From: a virus
Taxonomy: Duplodnaviria; Caudoviricetes
Length of the DNA: 61,339 nucleotides
Direction: 5' to 3' (one strand)
Virus record (IMG/VR): IMGVR_UViG_3300021959_000036
Location: 1-61,339 of that record
In this document: piece by piece, positions 38,843-48,083 of the stretch
Layout of the letters: each line of letters begins with the position of its first letter
How positions within the stretch are numbered: the stretch's first letter is position 1
Made by a program: the position numbers and the translations under genes
Notes under the pieces: generated by a model
What the model saw: only the letters and a program-made list of their open reading frames with translations
Database searches by the model: none
Told to the model about the DNA's origin: nothing

Positions 38843-41800
38843 TTATCTTCCGTTAGCTCTAATACTCTTTCTAATTGGTCCATTAGATTTCAAGTCTTTA
38901 AGTATCATTTTAACTACCATTGCTTCTCCGTCCATCATAGACTCGCCTTGTTCTGCATCTTTCTCCTGACCTGAATTTTCTATTTGAATCTTTACAGGAG
39001 GCATTCCAGATTTACCAGTAGCATTCATACGTTCCATAGCAGGGAGTCCCATAGATTCTACCGCACTTTTACGCATTACAAACTCTCCAGGCTCAAGAAG
39101 GGCAGGAACACTATCTCTTTGAAGCCCTCCCCCAGCAAAACGATGGACAGCTCCTCCTCCAGCCATTCTACCTATAGCACCGTATCCATTTACAAGTCCT
39201 CCGCTTGATAATAACATAGACTTTAGGAATATACCACCAATAGTACCAATAATACTACCTATAGCACTTCCTGCAGGTCCTCCAATTGCTCCTCCAACCA
39301 ATGCGCCTAACCCTGCACCTGCCATTTGAGCTATACTGCCTAAATTCATAAAAGAATTTCCAAGACTAAAGCTCTCGGTACCAAGAGCACTAAACTCCAT
39401 ACCGACCATCTGAGAAGCGTCAGTTATACCATTCATATCATACCCTACAGAAGAAGCATAGTCCTCAAGAGATCCTGAAAATCCACTCATATTAAATCCG
39501 TCTTCTAGGTCTTCTAAATCAGCGAAACCAAATTGTGTATCAGAGGTAGTTCCATCAAAACTTACTCCTTTTCCTAACCCTCCTACTCCGCCAGCTGCTT
39601 TTCCAGCTAAACCAGACAGTCCTTGACCGGTAGTAGTTACTAGTAGAGGACCAATTTGTCCTACTATTTGAACATTTGTAACTTCTCCAAAAGTCTTAGT
39701 TAAAAGATCAGTCTGTGCTTTGAGAGCGTCTCCAGTAATATTTGCTTGCTGTGCTCCATTAGCTTTAATTTGTGATGCTAATTGATTGAAGTTTTGTGTT
39801 TGTTGCTGCTGTTGTTTCGCACCTCTACCAGTAACCATATCAACAACACTTCTTATGCCTGTGCTTACAAAATCTTTTATAGGTGCTAAAACATACTCTT
39901 TAACAATCTCTTTTTGAATGTCTGCAAGAATGTCTGTGAGTAAATCTTTAACTCCTTGCTTAAAGTTTTGCATAGTAAGAGTTCCCTCTTTCATAGCTGT
40001 AAACAAGTCGTCAAGACCTTGATCTAATCTAGAGTTAACAATTCCAGCGGCTGCATTAGCTACTTTTCTAAATTTGTCATTTAACATCTCATTAAGTTGT
40101 TCTTGTGCTGCGATGGCTTTTAGTTTTGCCTCTACTTCATTCTCTGCTGCTTTCAGGGTCCTATTAGAAGCGTCTATTTCAATATCTTTTTGTCTTTTAG
40201 CGGCTTTAATTCTTTCTTCTAGACCAGCTAACTCTGTTTGTTTTTGCATATCTACGATAGCTTCTCTATCTCCAAAAGCCTTCTTTTGCATATTTAAAAT
40301 TTTCAATTCAGAGTCTATTGCGGCTACTCTCTTATCTCTTGCGCCTTCAATTGCATCTACTTTATTCTGTTCTTCTTGCAGAGCAATACTAGCTTGAGTT
40401 CCAGCAATCTTTTCTTGCGTGTCAAATAGTTCTTGGTTTTTAGCTTTTAGCAGCCTGACTTGTTCGACTAAACCATCTAGATTAAGGGTTTTTCCAAAAT
40501 CATCTCTCTTTAGATCAAATTGCATACCCATAGCTTCTGTAACTTTTTTAGCGTGTTGAAACAAAGCATCTCCTACAGCTTTTTGGTGTTTATCAAGTGC
40601 TTCAGCTTGTACCATCATTACATCTAACTGTTTATCTGTAAGTTCTTTTTGCACTTTTTGAGAAGCAAGAGTTGCGTTAATTTGGGCCAATCTAGACTCT
40701 CTGTCTAATTCAGCTTGGCGAATTTGATCAGTAGCATTTTGACCTACACTTGTTTTTTCTGCGTTTAAGGCTTTTATTCTATCAGCATTAATAGCTTTTT
40801 CATTTTCAAGCTTTTTTTCTTCTATTTCAAATCTTTTTTGAATTATGCCTTTTTCTGTATTAAGTAGTGCCAGTTGGTCTGTATATTTTTTCTTTGCTAA
40901 AGCAATTTCTTCTGCAGTTTGTTGTTTTTGAATTTCAGCAAGCTTTATTGCCTCAGAAGCGTCAATACGAAGAGCCTCTAATTCAATAGCTTGTCTGTCT
41001 CTATCAGTAAATAGATTACTAAAAGTAGAAGCAACAGTGCTTTTTCTTGCATTTTCTATACGGGCATCGTCTGCAGCAATTTTAGCAGCTATTCTTTGCT
41101 GATCTCTTAAAAGGTTATTTTGACGTAAAGTTTCTTCGGCCGCAGCAATCTTAGCGTCAACACCTTGTTTTGCAAGTTCTAATGTTGCCTGTTCATAGTC
41201 TAGTTGTACTTTGAGTCCATTAGTTATTTGAGCTTGTGCTTCTGCGGTGGCTTGAGAAATTTTATCTTTATCTGCTGCAATCTGCCTATTTCTTTTGTCT
41301 ATTTGTCCTTGCAAACTAATTTTTTCTAGCTTATTTGTCTCAATGGTTAGCTGTAACTGCGCTTTCTCAATAGCTTTATCCAACGCCTTATTTTGTTTTT
41401 CTATTTCTCGATTTATTTCAACATAAAGACCTTTTAAAGCTGTAACAGCTTTATTTTTTAATTGCTGTACTGCGTTGCTTGATTCTTCTCTGCCTAAAGC
41501 AGTAGTTAAAAAACTTAGCCTAGATTTTTCTACATCAGCAGCATCTTTATTTATTTTTACTGTTCCATCAGCTTCTACCCTAATGGCTTTATATAAATCT
41601 GCGGCAGCCTTTGTTTCTTTACCAAATAACTTTTTTATAGAATCTCCTAACTGGGCGATTCGCTCAGCTGCTTTTTGTGCTTCTCTGGTTATAGAACCCT
41701 CACCAAATAACTCTTTTATTTGCGTAAGCACAGCTGCATCAATACCTTCCATTCCTTCTAATTCTTTAAGAAGTTTTTCAAAGGTTTGACGTAAAGCCCC

Positions 41801-44047
41801 TGATGACTTGCTCAACCCTTCAGAAGTATAAGCAGTATCTTGTAACATTTTTTGATACTCAACAAGCATAGGCAAAAATATACCTAACGTTTTAGATTGA
41901 TTTAAAAGTTCTTGAGTAAATATTTGTTGAGGGCCGGAGTCCACTTCTTCCGCCTCTATAGCTCCTGCTTCTACCCCAGCTCTAAAATCTTGATTTAATT
42001 GAAATCTATTAATTACTCCTTTTTCGTTTGTCATTGCAGTAGTAGCTGCTTGAAATCTGCTAGCTATTCCGGGAGCAAGATTTTCTAAATATTCATATAA
42101 CTTTTTTGTTTCTTTTTGAAGTTCTGCTTGCACTCCTGAAATAGGGCTAACAACAGCGTCTTTTAAGGCTTTTCGGAACTCGGGAGTAACGTCTTTTAAC
42201 TTTCTAGTGACTTGTGTTACTATTTGATCTCCAGCAAGTGCTCGTATTGCCTTCTCTCTTTCCTCTAAAGCTTCTGTAGGCAATTGAACTATTCTTCTTA
42301 ATTCATTTTTATCTATGCCTTGAGTGTCTATACCTGCGCTTTGCAATAAAAGCCTAATATCGTTTGTTTGTCTAGACCCACCACGCTGCTTAAACTGTCT
42401 TGCAAATCCTTCTTGAAATTGTGTTGCTAATCTTTCTGCAGTTTTAGTAATTTCTGCTCCTGTTTTTTGTTCATCTGCACCAAAAAAGCTCTGGACAAAA
42501 TTTAAATCTCTTGTAAAAGCCTTATCCTGAAATCCCTTTAAATTTTGCATCGCAGATGAAGCATTGGCCGAAGTTTCTATTAATAACTTATTAAAAACTG
42601 CTTGTGCCCTGTTTGCTGCGTTTGCTTTTCTAGTATATTCTTCAAAAAATGATTTAATCTTTTCGCCTGCTGCTGAAAATAAATCTATCCCAAAAACAAC
42701 TTTTCCTATTGTAGAAGATAAAAGTTGAAAAATAGAAACTATAAAAAAGATTTTACCAATAGCACCTACTAATATATTAACCGCTTTAGTAGCTCCTGAA
42801 ATAACTTTAGTGGCAAAAGCAGTTGCTGTAGCTGCGATTTGTGCTCCACGACCTAAATTTTTATACGCCTCCGTCGCCGCACCTAAAGCAAGTTTAACGT
42901 TTACTCCTGCTCTTTGTTGCGCTTCTAAAGCTTTAACTAGGCTACGCAATTCTACCGCAGTTAAAGTACCTTGTCTTCCTAGTTTAACTAGTTCTCGGAC
43001 TTGATTTTGAGTTTCTCTAGTTCCTCTAACTAATTTTAGGTTAAAGCTATCTAATTCTTTTCCTAAAGTTGCTTGTAACTGTCCCCCTGCTTGAGCAGCT
43101 CTAGCACTAAAAGTTTCTGCTAATCTGGCACCAAAATTTTGAACAGATATAGTAGCTCGACCAAGACCGGCACTAGTTACTTCAGCGAGTTTAGAAAAGA
43201 TTAGCCCTCCTAGAACACCCGCTGCCGCTAAAGTATTTGCAAAGTTTCCAGATAAGAAACTAACGAAAGGAACGACAGCTTGTGCCAAAATACCTAGTAG
43301 ATTATCAGATAAATTTTGCAAGTCAGCACTAAACTTATTTAGAGCCTCTGCGCTCGTAGTTACTGATGTATCAATAATAGAGAACTTTTTAGTACCTTGA
43401 TCAATAGTAGCATTAGCAAAAGCTTGACTTCTTTCATAAGTAGTTAAGTCACTAGCAGCTTTACCAATAGAGTCAGCGTATTTTTTAACCGCATCGTCTA
43501 ATCTAACAATAATACCCAATTCGTCCAAAATTTCCGGTTCAATCTTAGCAACACCTCGAATTAACCTGTCTTGAGAATCAACCAAGTTTCTTCCCAAAGC
43601 AACAGAAGCTTTTAAGGCTACGTTTGTTAATTTTTCAATTTGTTCTGAATTAAATCCTGCGGATAACGCAAGGTTAGTAGTCTTAGCTGCTTCTGCAATG
43701 CTAAGTTGTCCTTTAGTAATTTCTTGAATTTTTGAAAGAATTTTATCGCCCTGTTCTCCAACTGTTGCAGCTAGAGTTCTAGTCCCATCAATAGCTTGTT
43801 GACTTTGAGCAGCTCGGTTTAAAGCATTAAAGGCAGAAGAAATAGCAAAGATTGTTGCAGCAGCACCGGCATAGGCGGCAACCAAACCACCTAAACCAGA
43901 AGCTTGTGCGGAAAACTGACGCCCTGCAGAAGCAGAAGACTGTCCAAGACGAGTTTGAGCTTTTGTAACATTTTGAGTAGAGGTAGCAGCTTTTTCTGCC
44001 CCCTTTGTTACAAACATTGTCTCAATGATATTTCTGATACTTGCCAC
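38843..44047 (-). CDS. tape measure protein
   Basis: 1734 aa, helical A/Q/K-rich; EPEILDELGI; C-terminal AGGG..DSVPALLEPGEFVM. Confidence 0.93.
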   Translation of the reverse strand: MASIRNIIETMFVTKGAEKAATSTQNVTKAQTRLGQSSASAGRQFSAQASGLGGLVAAYAGAAATIFAISSAFNALNRAAQSQQAIDGTRTLAATVGEQGDKILSKIQEITKGQLSIAEAAKTTNLALSAGFNSEQIEKLTNVALKASVALGRNLVDSQDRLIRGVAKIEPEILDELGIIVRLDDAVKKYADSIGKAASDLTTYERSQAFANATIDQGTKKFSIIDTSVTTSAEALNKFSADLQNLSDNLLGILAQAVVPFVSFLSGNFANTLAAAGVLGGLIFSKLAEVTSAGLGRATISVQNFGARLAETFSARAAQAGGQLQATLGKELDSFNLKLVRGTRETQNQVRELVKLGRQGTLTAVELRSLVKALEAQQRAGVNVKLALGAATEAYKNLGRGAQIAATATAFATKVISGATKAVNILVGAIGKIFFIVSIFQLLSSTIGKVVFGIDLFSAAGEKIKSFFEEYTRKANAANRAQAVFNKLLIETSANASSAMQNLKGFQDKAFTRDLNFVQSFFGADEQKTGAEITKTAERLATQFQEGFARQFKQRGGSRQTNDIRLLLQSAGIDTQGIDKNELRRIVQLPTEALEEREKAIRALAGDQIVTQVTRKLKDVTPEFRKALKDAVVSPISGVQAELQKETKKLYEYLENLAPGIASRFQAATTAMTNEKGVINRFQLNQDFRAGVEAGAIEAEEVDSGPQQIFTQELLNQSKTLGIFLPMLVEYQKMLQDTAYTSEGLSKSSGALRQTFEKLLKELEGMEGIDAAVLTQIKELFGEGSITREAQKAAERIAQLGDSIKKLFGKETKAAADLYKAIRVEADGTVKINKDAADVEKSRLSFLTTALGREESSNAVQQLKNKAVTALKGLYVEINREIEKQNKALDKAIEKAQLQLTIETNKLEKISLQGQIDKRNRQIAADKDKISQATAEAQAQITNGLKVQLDYEQATLELAKQGVDAKIAAAEETLRQNNLLRDQQRIAAKIAADDARIENARKSTVASTFSNLFTDRDRQAIELEALRIDASEAIKLAEIQKQQTAEEIALAKKKYTDQLALLNTEKGIIQKRFEIEEKKLENEKAINADRIKALNAEKTSVGQNATDQIRQAELDRESRLAQINATLASQKVQKELTDKQLDVMMVQAEALDKHQKAVGDALFQHAKKVTEAMGMQFDLKRDDFGKTLNLDGLVEQVRLLKAKNQELFDTQEKIAGTQASIALQEEQNKVDAIEGARDKRVAAIDSELKILNMQKKAFGDREAIVDMQKQTELAGLEERIKAAKRQKDIEIDASNRTLKAAENEVEAKLKAIAAQEQLNEMLNDKFRKVANAAAGIVNSRLDQGLDDLFTAMKEGTLTMQNFKQGVKDLLTDILADIQKEIVKEYVLAPIKDFVSTGIRSVVDMVTGRGAKQQQQQTQNFNQLASQIKANGAQQANITGDALKAQTDLLTKTFGEVTNVQIVGQIGPLLVTTTGQGLSGLAGKAAGGVGGLGKGVSFDGTTSDTQFGFADLEDLEDGFNMSGFSGSLEDYASSVGYDMNGITDASQMVGMEFSALGTESFSLGNSFMNLGSIAQMAGAGLGALVGGAIGGPAGSAIGSIIGTIGGIFLKSMLLSSGGLVNGYGAIGRMAGGGAVHRFAGGGLQRDSVPALLEPGEFVMRKSAVESMGLPAMERMNATGKSGMPPVKIQIENSGQEKDAEQGESMMDGEAMVVKMILKDLKSNGPIRKSIRANGR

Positions 44048-44370
44048 TAGCGTCTCACCTTTGAAGCAGCTTCTCTAGCTTTACGTTGTTGCTCGTAATG
44101 AGTAGCAGCTTCTACAACACAAACTTGAAGAAGATCGAAAACTTCTTCACTGTCGTCGATTTTATATATACGCATTATGTCTCCTAGACCTGCGTAATCT
44201 TTACCTAACCATAGACCGTTCATTCCTTCAACCTTATCGGGTAAAGCGTTAAATAGTCTTAGAGCTTGTTGTGCTTCATAACTTAGTTCATGTACCTCTG
44301 GCGGCATTTCATCAGGGTTAGGATCCCAGCCCATCTGTTCACACATTAACAGATACTGGTCTTGGGTCAT
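44047..44370 (-). CDS. tail assembly chaperone, gpT part
   Basis: YLLMCEQMGWDP; reachable by -1 frameshift from the upstream ORF. Confidence 0.8.
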   Translation of the reverse strand: MTQDQYLLMCEQMGWDPNPDEMPPEVHELSYEAQQALRLFNALPDKVEGMNGLWLGKDYAGLGDIMRIYKIDDSEEVFDLLQVCVVEAATHYEQQRKAREAASKVRR

Positions 44371-44837
44371 TCCCCCTGCTTGGAAGTTGTGCCGGAGGTA
44401 CTTTTCGAGTTTTTTGAGTCTTCAGCCTTTTTACTAATCGAAAATTGTTCGTAGTCATTCATGGCGTCAGTAACAAACTGATCAAAAATAGTAGAATTTT
44501 GTAGAAGATCAAGTGCGTCTTCTTCTGAATAGTCTACTGCCTCATCTTTATCCATAGAGCTAATATCTACTGGAAGAAGTTTTGGAAGAGAGCCTACTTT
44601 AAGACCGCTCCATCCTTTAATAGCTCTACGAGCATATTCTTCAATAAACTTATCGTTATCAATTTCTTCTTCTCGTTGACGAGTGCGCTTATTAAATTTG
44701 TATGTAAGACTTGCATTTCTAATTTTCATTAGGTCATCTCGACCAAGATAAACTAGGTTAACTACGAAACCTTCAATATCAGGAAACTCTACGTCAATTA
44801 CTGTTTCCTTAGCCATTAAGTTTGAGATTTTACTCAT
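44367..44837 (-). CDS. tail assembly chaperone, gpG-like
   Basis: Between tube and TMP genes; IKGWSGL motif. Confidence 0.82.
   Translation of the reverse strand: MSKISNLMAKETVIDVEFPDIEGFVVNLVYLGRDDLMKIRNASLTYKFNKRTRQREEEIDNDKFIEEYARRAIKGWSGLKVGSLPKLLPVDISSMDKDEAVDYSEEDALDLLQNSTIFDQFVTDAMNDYEQFSISKKAEDSKNSKSTSGTTSKQGE
44409..44415 (-). other. programmed -1 frameshift slippery site A AAA AAC
   Basis: In-frame XXXYYYZ heptamer; the -1 frame is open (LEKYLRHNFQAGG) into MTQDQY. Confidence 0.8.
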
Positions 44838-44863
44838 TTATTTTTCCCCTCTGTGTTAATAAT

Positions 44864-44941
44864 AAAAAGGGTGCTCACTATAGTTTTCAACGCCTGTCAA
44901 ACTGAGGGGGCAAGTTTGACGTTTGTTAATAGTGAGCACCC
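44864..44941 (-). terminator. long hairpin/terminator after major tail protein gene
   Basis: GGGTGCTCACTAT/ATAGTGAGCACCC 13-bp outer stem, GTCAAACT/AGTTTGAC inner stem, followed by TTTTT on - strand. Confidence 0.7.
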
Positions 44942-44980
44942 ATATGGAATTAAATTTTACCCCCTCAAAGTTCATTTAAT

Positions 44981-46234
44981 TTACTTTTCTACAATAAGTG
45001 TCATTTCATCTCCAGTACCCTTAGTTGTTTCTTGGGCAAGGAAGTTGACAGAAACACCAATCACATCTTCAATAGCATGAACTGGAAGTTCGAACTGAAC
45101 TCTTGGCATATTAATGGCAAAGAATGGTGCAGTTGCGCCACCAATTTTAAGGTTAGCGTTAGAAGTAGCTGCAGAAGAGGTACGACCATCTTCAACAATC
45201 TGCTTCAAGAACTGAGCTGAGTTATCTGAGCCACCACGTAAGTATGCACTTAGAGATCCAGAAATTGCACGAGCACCGGCAAACTGACCAATTGGTGAGT
45301 TAAGAGCTGCTAGTTCTTCTGGTGTTAAGTATGTGATGTTGTTATTGTAATCAAAACTGAGTGCTGTAACTGGGAATGTAAAGTCAATACCCGCTGCAGA
45401 TGCACTTTCAGCGTGCTTAACATCAATTGTTGAAAGTCTATTCTTAATGAAGCTGGCTGATGATATTGTGCCAGAAACATTATAAGAGTTCCAAGGATGA
45501 TATGAAGCTTCAGCTGTCAGTGCATACTGATTAGAGTTGGCTGTTACATCTGTCCCAGCATTTAGAGTTCCGCCGAATACAGAAACAGCATTGTTTCGTT
45601 TATCATCGCGAAGCTCAATCAAGTTTGTTCCGAAGCCTGTCCAAGTGGTCGTAGCAATGCCATCAATTGCGGCATCAACAGAACCTTGGTTAACAGTAGC
45701 GTTAGAAACTTGATAAAAAACGTTATCCATTTTAAAGTATAGATGGTACTCAGTTGCGGTAGCGAAGTTAGAGGAATGCTGGAATACGTTTGATCCAGCA
45801 GCTCGCTCGCCAAGTGCAAATTTACCATCAGCCTGCCAAGTACTCTGAAGTTCTGATCCAGAAGCAAAAGCAGTATTACTCATTAGTGCTTGCCACATAA
45901 ACCAATCAGCACAAGGCATAGAATTACCTTCAGCAGCCTTATTTGAACCACCTGCGGTCTTTGTAAGACCTGTTGGCTTTAGATAGGCCTGGAAGTTCCA
46001 GTCAACTGGGTTTAGGGCAGTATTAAATCTTTGTTGTGAACGATCAGGTGTTAGACCACTTTCGAGTGATGTAATATCCTGAGTTGCAGCAGCCTGTGAA
46101 ACAGCATAACCAGCAAGAATTTCTACTTGCCATGTGTTTGCAGGAGTCAGGGCTGTTACTGTCGCACCGCTGGCAATATCAACGGTGGACATAAACACTT
46201 TTGTGTTTCTTTGTAGGTTAAGTTGGGCTGACAT
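44981..46234 (-). CDS. major tail tube protein (T5 pb6-like)
   Basis: LQRNTKVFMST, FNTALNPVDWNF..Y.KP, FIKNRLS, YLTPEEL; SD AAGGAG. Confidence 0.88.
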   Translation of the reverse strand: MSAQLNLQRNTKVFMSTVDIASGATVTALTPANTWQVEILAGYAVSQAAATQDITSLESGLTPDRSQQRFNTALNPVDWNFQAYLKPTGLTKTAGGSNKAAEGNSMPCADWFMWQALMSNTAFASGSELQSTWQADGKFALGERAAGSNVFQHSSNFATATEYHLYFKMDNVFYQVSNATVNQGSVDAAIDGIATTTWTGFGTNLIELRDDKRNNAVSVFGGTLNAGTDVTANSNQYALTAEASYHPWNSYNVSGTISSASFIKNRLSTIDVKHAESASAAGIDFTFPVTALSFDYNNNITYLTPEELAALNSPIGQFAGARAISGSLSAYLRGGSDNSAQFLKQIVEDGRTSSAATSNANLKIGGATAPFFAINMPRVQFELPVHAIEDVIGVSVNFLAQETTKGTGDEMTLIVEK

Positions 46235-46247
46235 TTAATTTAACTCC

Positions 46248-46700
46248 TTATATATTTAATTGGTATCTTGCTAAAATATCAATCTCTAGTATGCCAAAGG
46301 GAGCTACTAAACCTTCATCTGTAGAAACACCTTCTATTATCATATCCAGTATTCCAATACTTGATCTATCTCCTAAGTTGTATACAACATGTTCTATATC
46401 ATCTGCTAGACTTTCTGCGGTTGTTATAGGGTTTTCTGCTCTAACGTAGGAACGAACATTTATGTTTAGTTCTCCAGTAGTTAATCCTGCGGTATCATAA
46501 ATTCTGGTTTCTGTACCTGCATTTACGCACACTGTAGGAAAATCATTTATTTCGTCTAAAAATATCATACGACGAAAGCAATTATTAGAAATGTTTAAGT
46601 TATAGGTATATGAAGCGTCAAATGTAGAAACATCACCATTTATCTTCTTTAGCTCAGATACCAATAACTCGGTTATATCTTTTCTTCGACTTAACGCCAT
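46248..46700 (-). CDS. tail terminator protein
   Basis: FLDEINDFP, TDEG..APFG; position upstream of tube gene. Confidence 0.8.
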   Translation of the reverse strand: MALSRRKDITELLVSELKKINGDVSTFDASYTYNLNISNNCFRRMIFLDEINDFPTVCVNAGTETRIYDTAGLTTGELNINVRSYVRAENPITTAESLADDIEHVVYNLGDRSSIGILDMIIEGVSTDEGLVAPFGILEIDILARYQLNI

Positions 46701-46719
46701 TTATTTTCTACCTTTTCAT

Positions 46720-46748
46720 AGTATAGCAAATTGACTTTTATAAAGCAA
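46720..46748 (-). promoter_or_regulatory. sigma70-like promoter
   Basis: TTGCTT-17 nt-TATACT with TG extension. Confidence 0.6.
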
Positions 46749-46781
46749 ATCTTAAATTCTCAAAACAGATTCGTGCCCAGT

Positions 46782-48083
46782 TTAAAAACCTCTTATAATT
46801 CTAAAACGTTCTCCATACACTCTTTTTACTACATCTCTTATAGACCCTTGTAGCAAAAATCTAGGCGCTCTAGCGCCTCTTTTCTCATGTACACGATAAT
46901 TAGGAGCATAGTAATATTTAATTATATTGCTTCTTATATTTTGCATTACTTTAATTGATTCTACAAATTGACCAGTTCTATAAGTTAGTACAGTAGGACT
47001 GAGAGGTTCTCCTCTTTTTGGTCCTCTAGGCATTCGGCGCTCTGTCTCTTGCTGTACTAAAGCAGTTAACTGAATATCAGAAATAACTTTTAGTCTTGTA
47101 GCAGCTTTTTTTCTTTTTGTCTTAGCTACTATACTACCTCTTCCTAAAAGAGCAGATCCTTTGTCATATTCAATCACAAATTGACCTTTCATTTGACTAT
47201 TTAAAAACTGAATTACTTGAGGAGAAAATTGGGCAAACTCTGCCGCTAAATCTCTTGCCAGTTGACTACTGATTTTCTTTAGTTCCACATCTAAACGAGC
47301 ATTTGCGTTATTGAGCGATTTTCTAACTTCTGCTTCGGTAAAATATATTTGAAAAAATACTTCGCCTTTTTTACCTTCTGTTACTTTTATCTTAGCTTTC
47401 GGGTTACGACTTATTTGTTTCCATGACCACCCGATTGATTTTACTATTCTTCTATTACCCACTTGAATAGGGACTCTAATATTTGCAGATTTTAGTTCAA
47501 AGTTTTTTCTTAATGCGATAGCAGCAGGAGATCGGCTTTTATTTAAAAAAGCTTTTAACCCGCTATTATCATTTTTTAAAGCTAGTAGTTGAGAAATAAA
47601 AGATTTTGAAAAACTTACATCTTCTTCTACTGCCCGTGCCGCGCCAGTAGCATCGGTAGAAAAACCTGTTAATAATCTACTAGTACGCCTTAAATTAATA
47701 CCCTTACCGCCTGCCACTCCTATCTCTCTAGCCCGAGTAACTTGTCCAGAGGCGTCTACTCTTGTAGAAATAGCTTTACCTTCTGATACGTCTACCTCTC
47801 CTTCTTCATCATAGGTTATAAAATCAGGTATAACACCAGATCCAGCTTTACCTTTTATAATAGTACCACCTAAATTTTCGACAACGGCTCTATCCACAAG
47901 ATTAGATAATCTAGAGTAGATACTAAATAAAGCTTTAGATAAAGGTTCATTGTTAGGTTTTAGATAAAATCGAGCAGGGCCTATTTTTTGTCTAGAATTA
48001 AATAGTAAATCTAAAGCTTGTGGCCCTTTAAAAACTCTTCCATCAGGACCAGTAACTCTTACATTATTGACCACCTTAAGCAT
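46782..48083 (-). CDS. tail completion protein (T5-like C-terminus), long basic N-terminal region
   Basis: LTYRTGQFVES...Y..HE...PR.L...SIR; neck position. Confidence 0.65.
   Translation of the reverse strand: MLKVVNNVRVTGPDGRVFKGPQALDLLFNSRQKIGPARFYLKPNNEPLSKALFSIYSRLSNLVDRAVVENLGGTIIKGKAGSGVIPDFITYDEEGEVDVSEGKAISTRVDASGQVTRAREIGVAGGKGINLRRTSRLLTGFSTDATGAARAVEEDVSFSKSFISQLLALKNDNSGLKAFLNKSRSPAAIALRKNFELKSANIRVPIQVGNRRIVKSIGWSWKQISRNPKAKIKVTEGKKGEVFFQIYFTEAEVRKSLNNANARLDVELKKISSQLARDLAAEFAQFSPQVIQFLNSQMKGQFVIEYDKGSALLGRGSIVAKTKRKKAATRLKVISDIQLTALVQQETERRMPRGPKRGEPLSPTVLTYRTGQFVESIKVMQNIRSNIIKYYYAPNYRVHEKRGARAPRFLLQGSIRDVVKRVYGERFRIIRGF

Noticed and set aside
44853-45080. 75-aa + strand ORF across the tube-chaperone intergenic region
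   Set aside because: Better explained by the RNA hairpin; antisense to the operon
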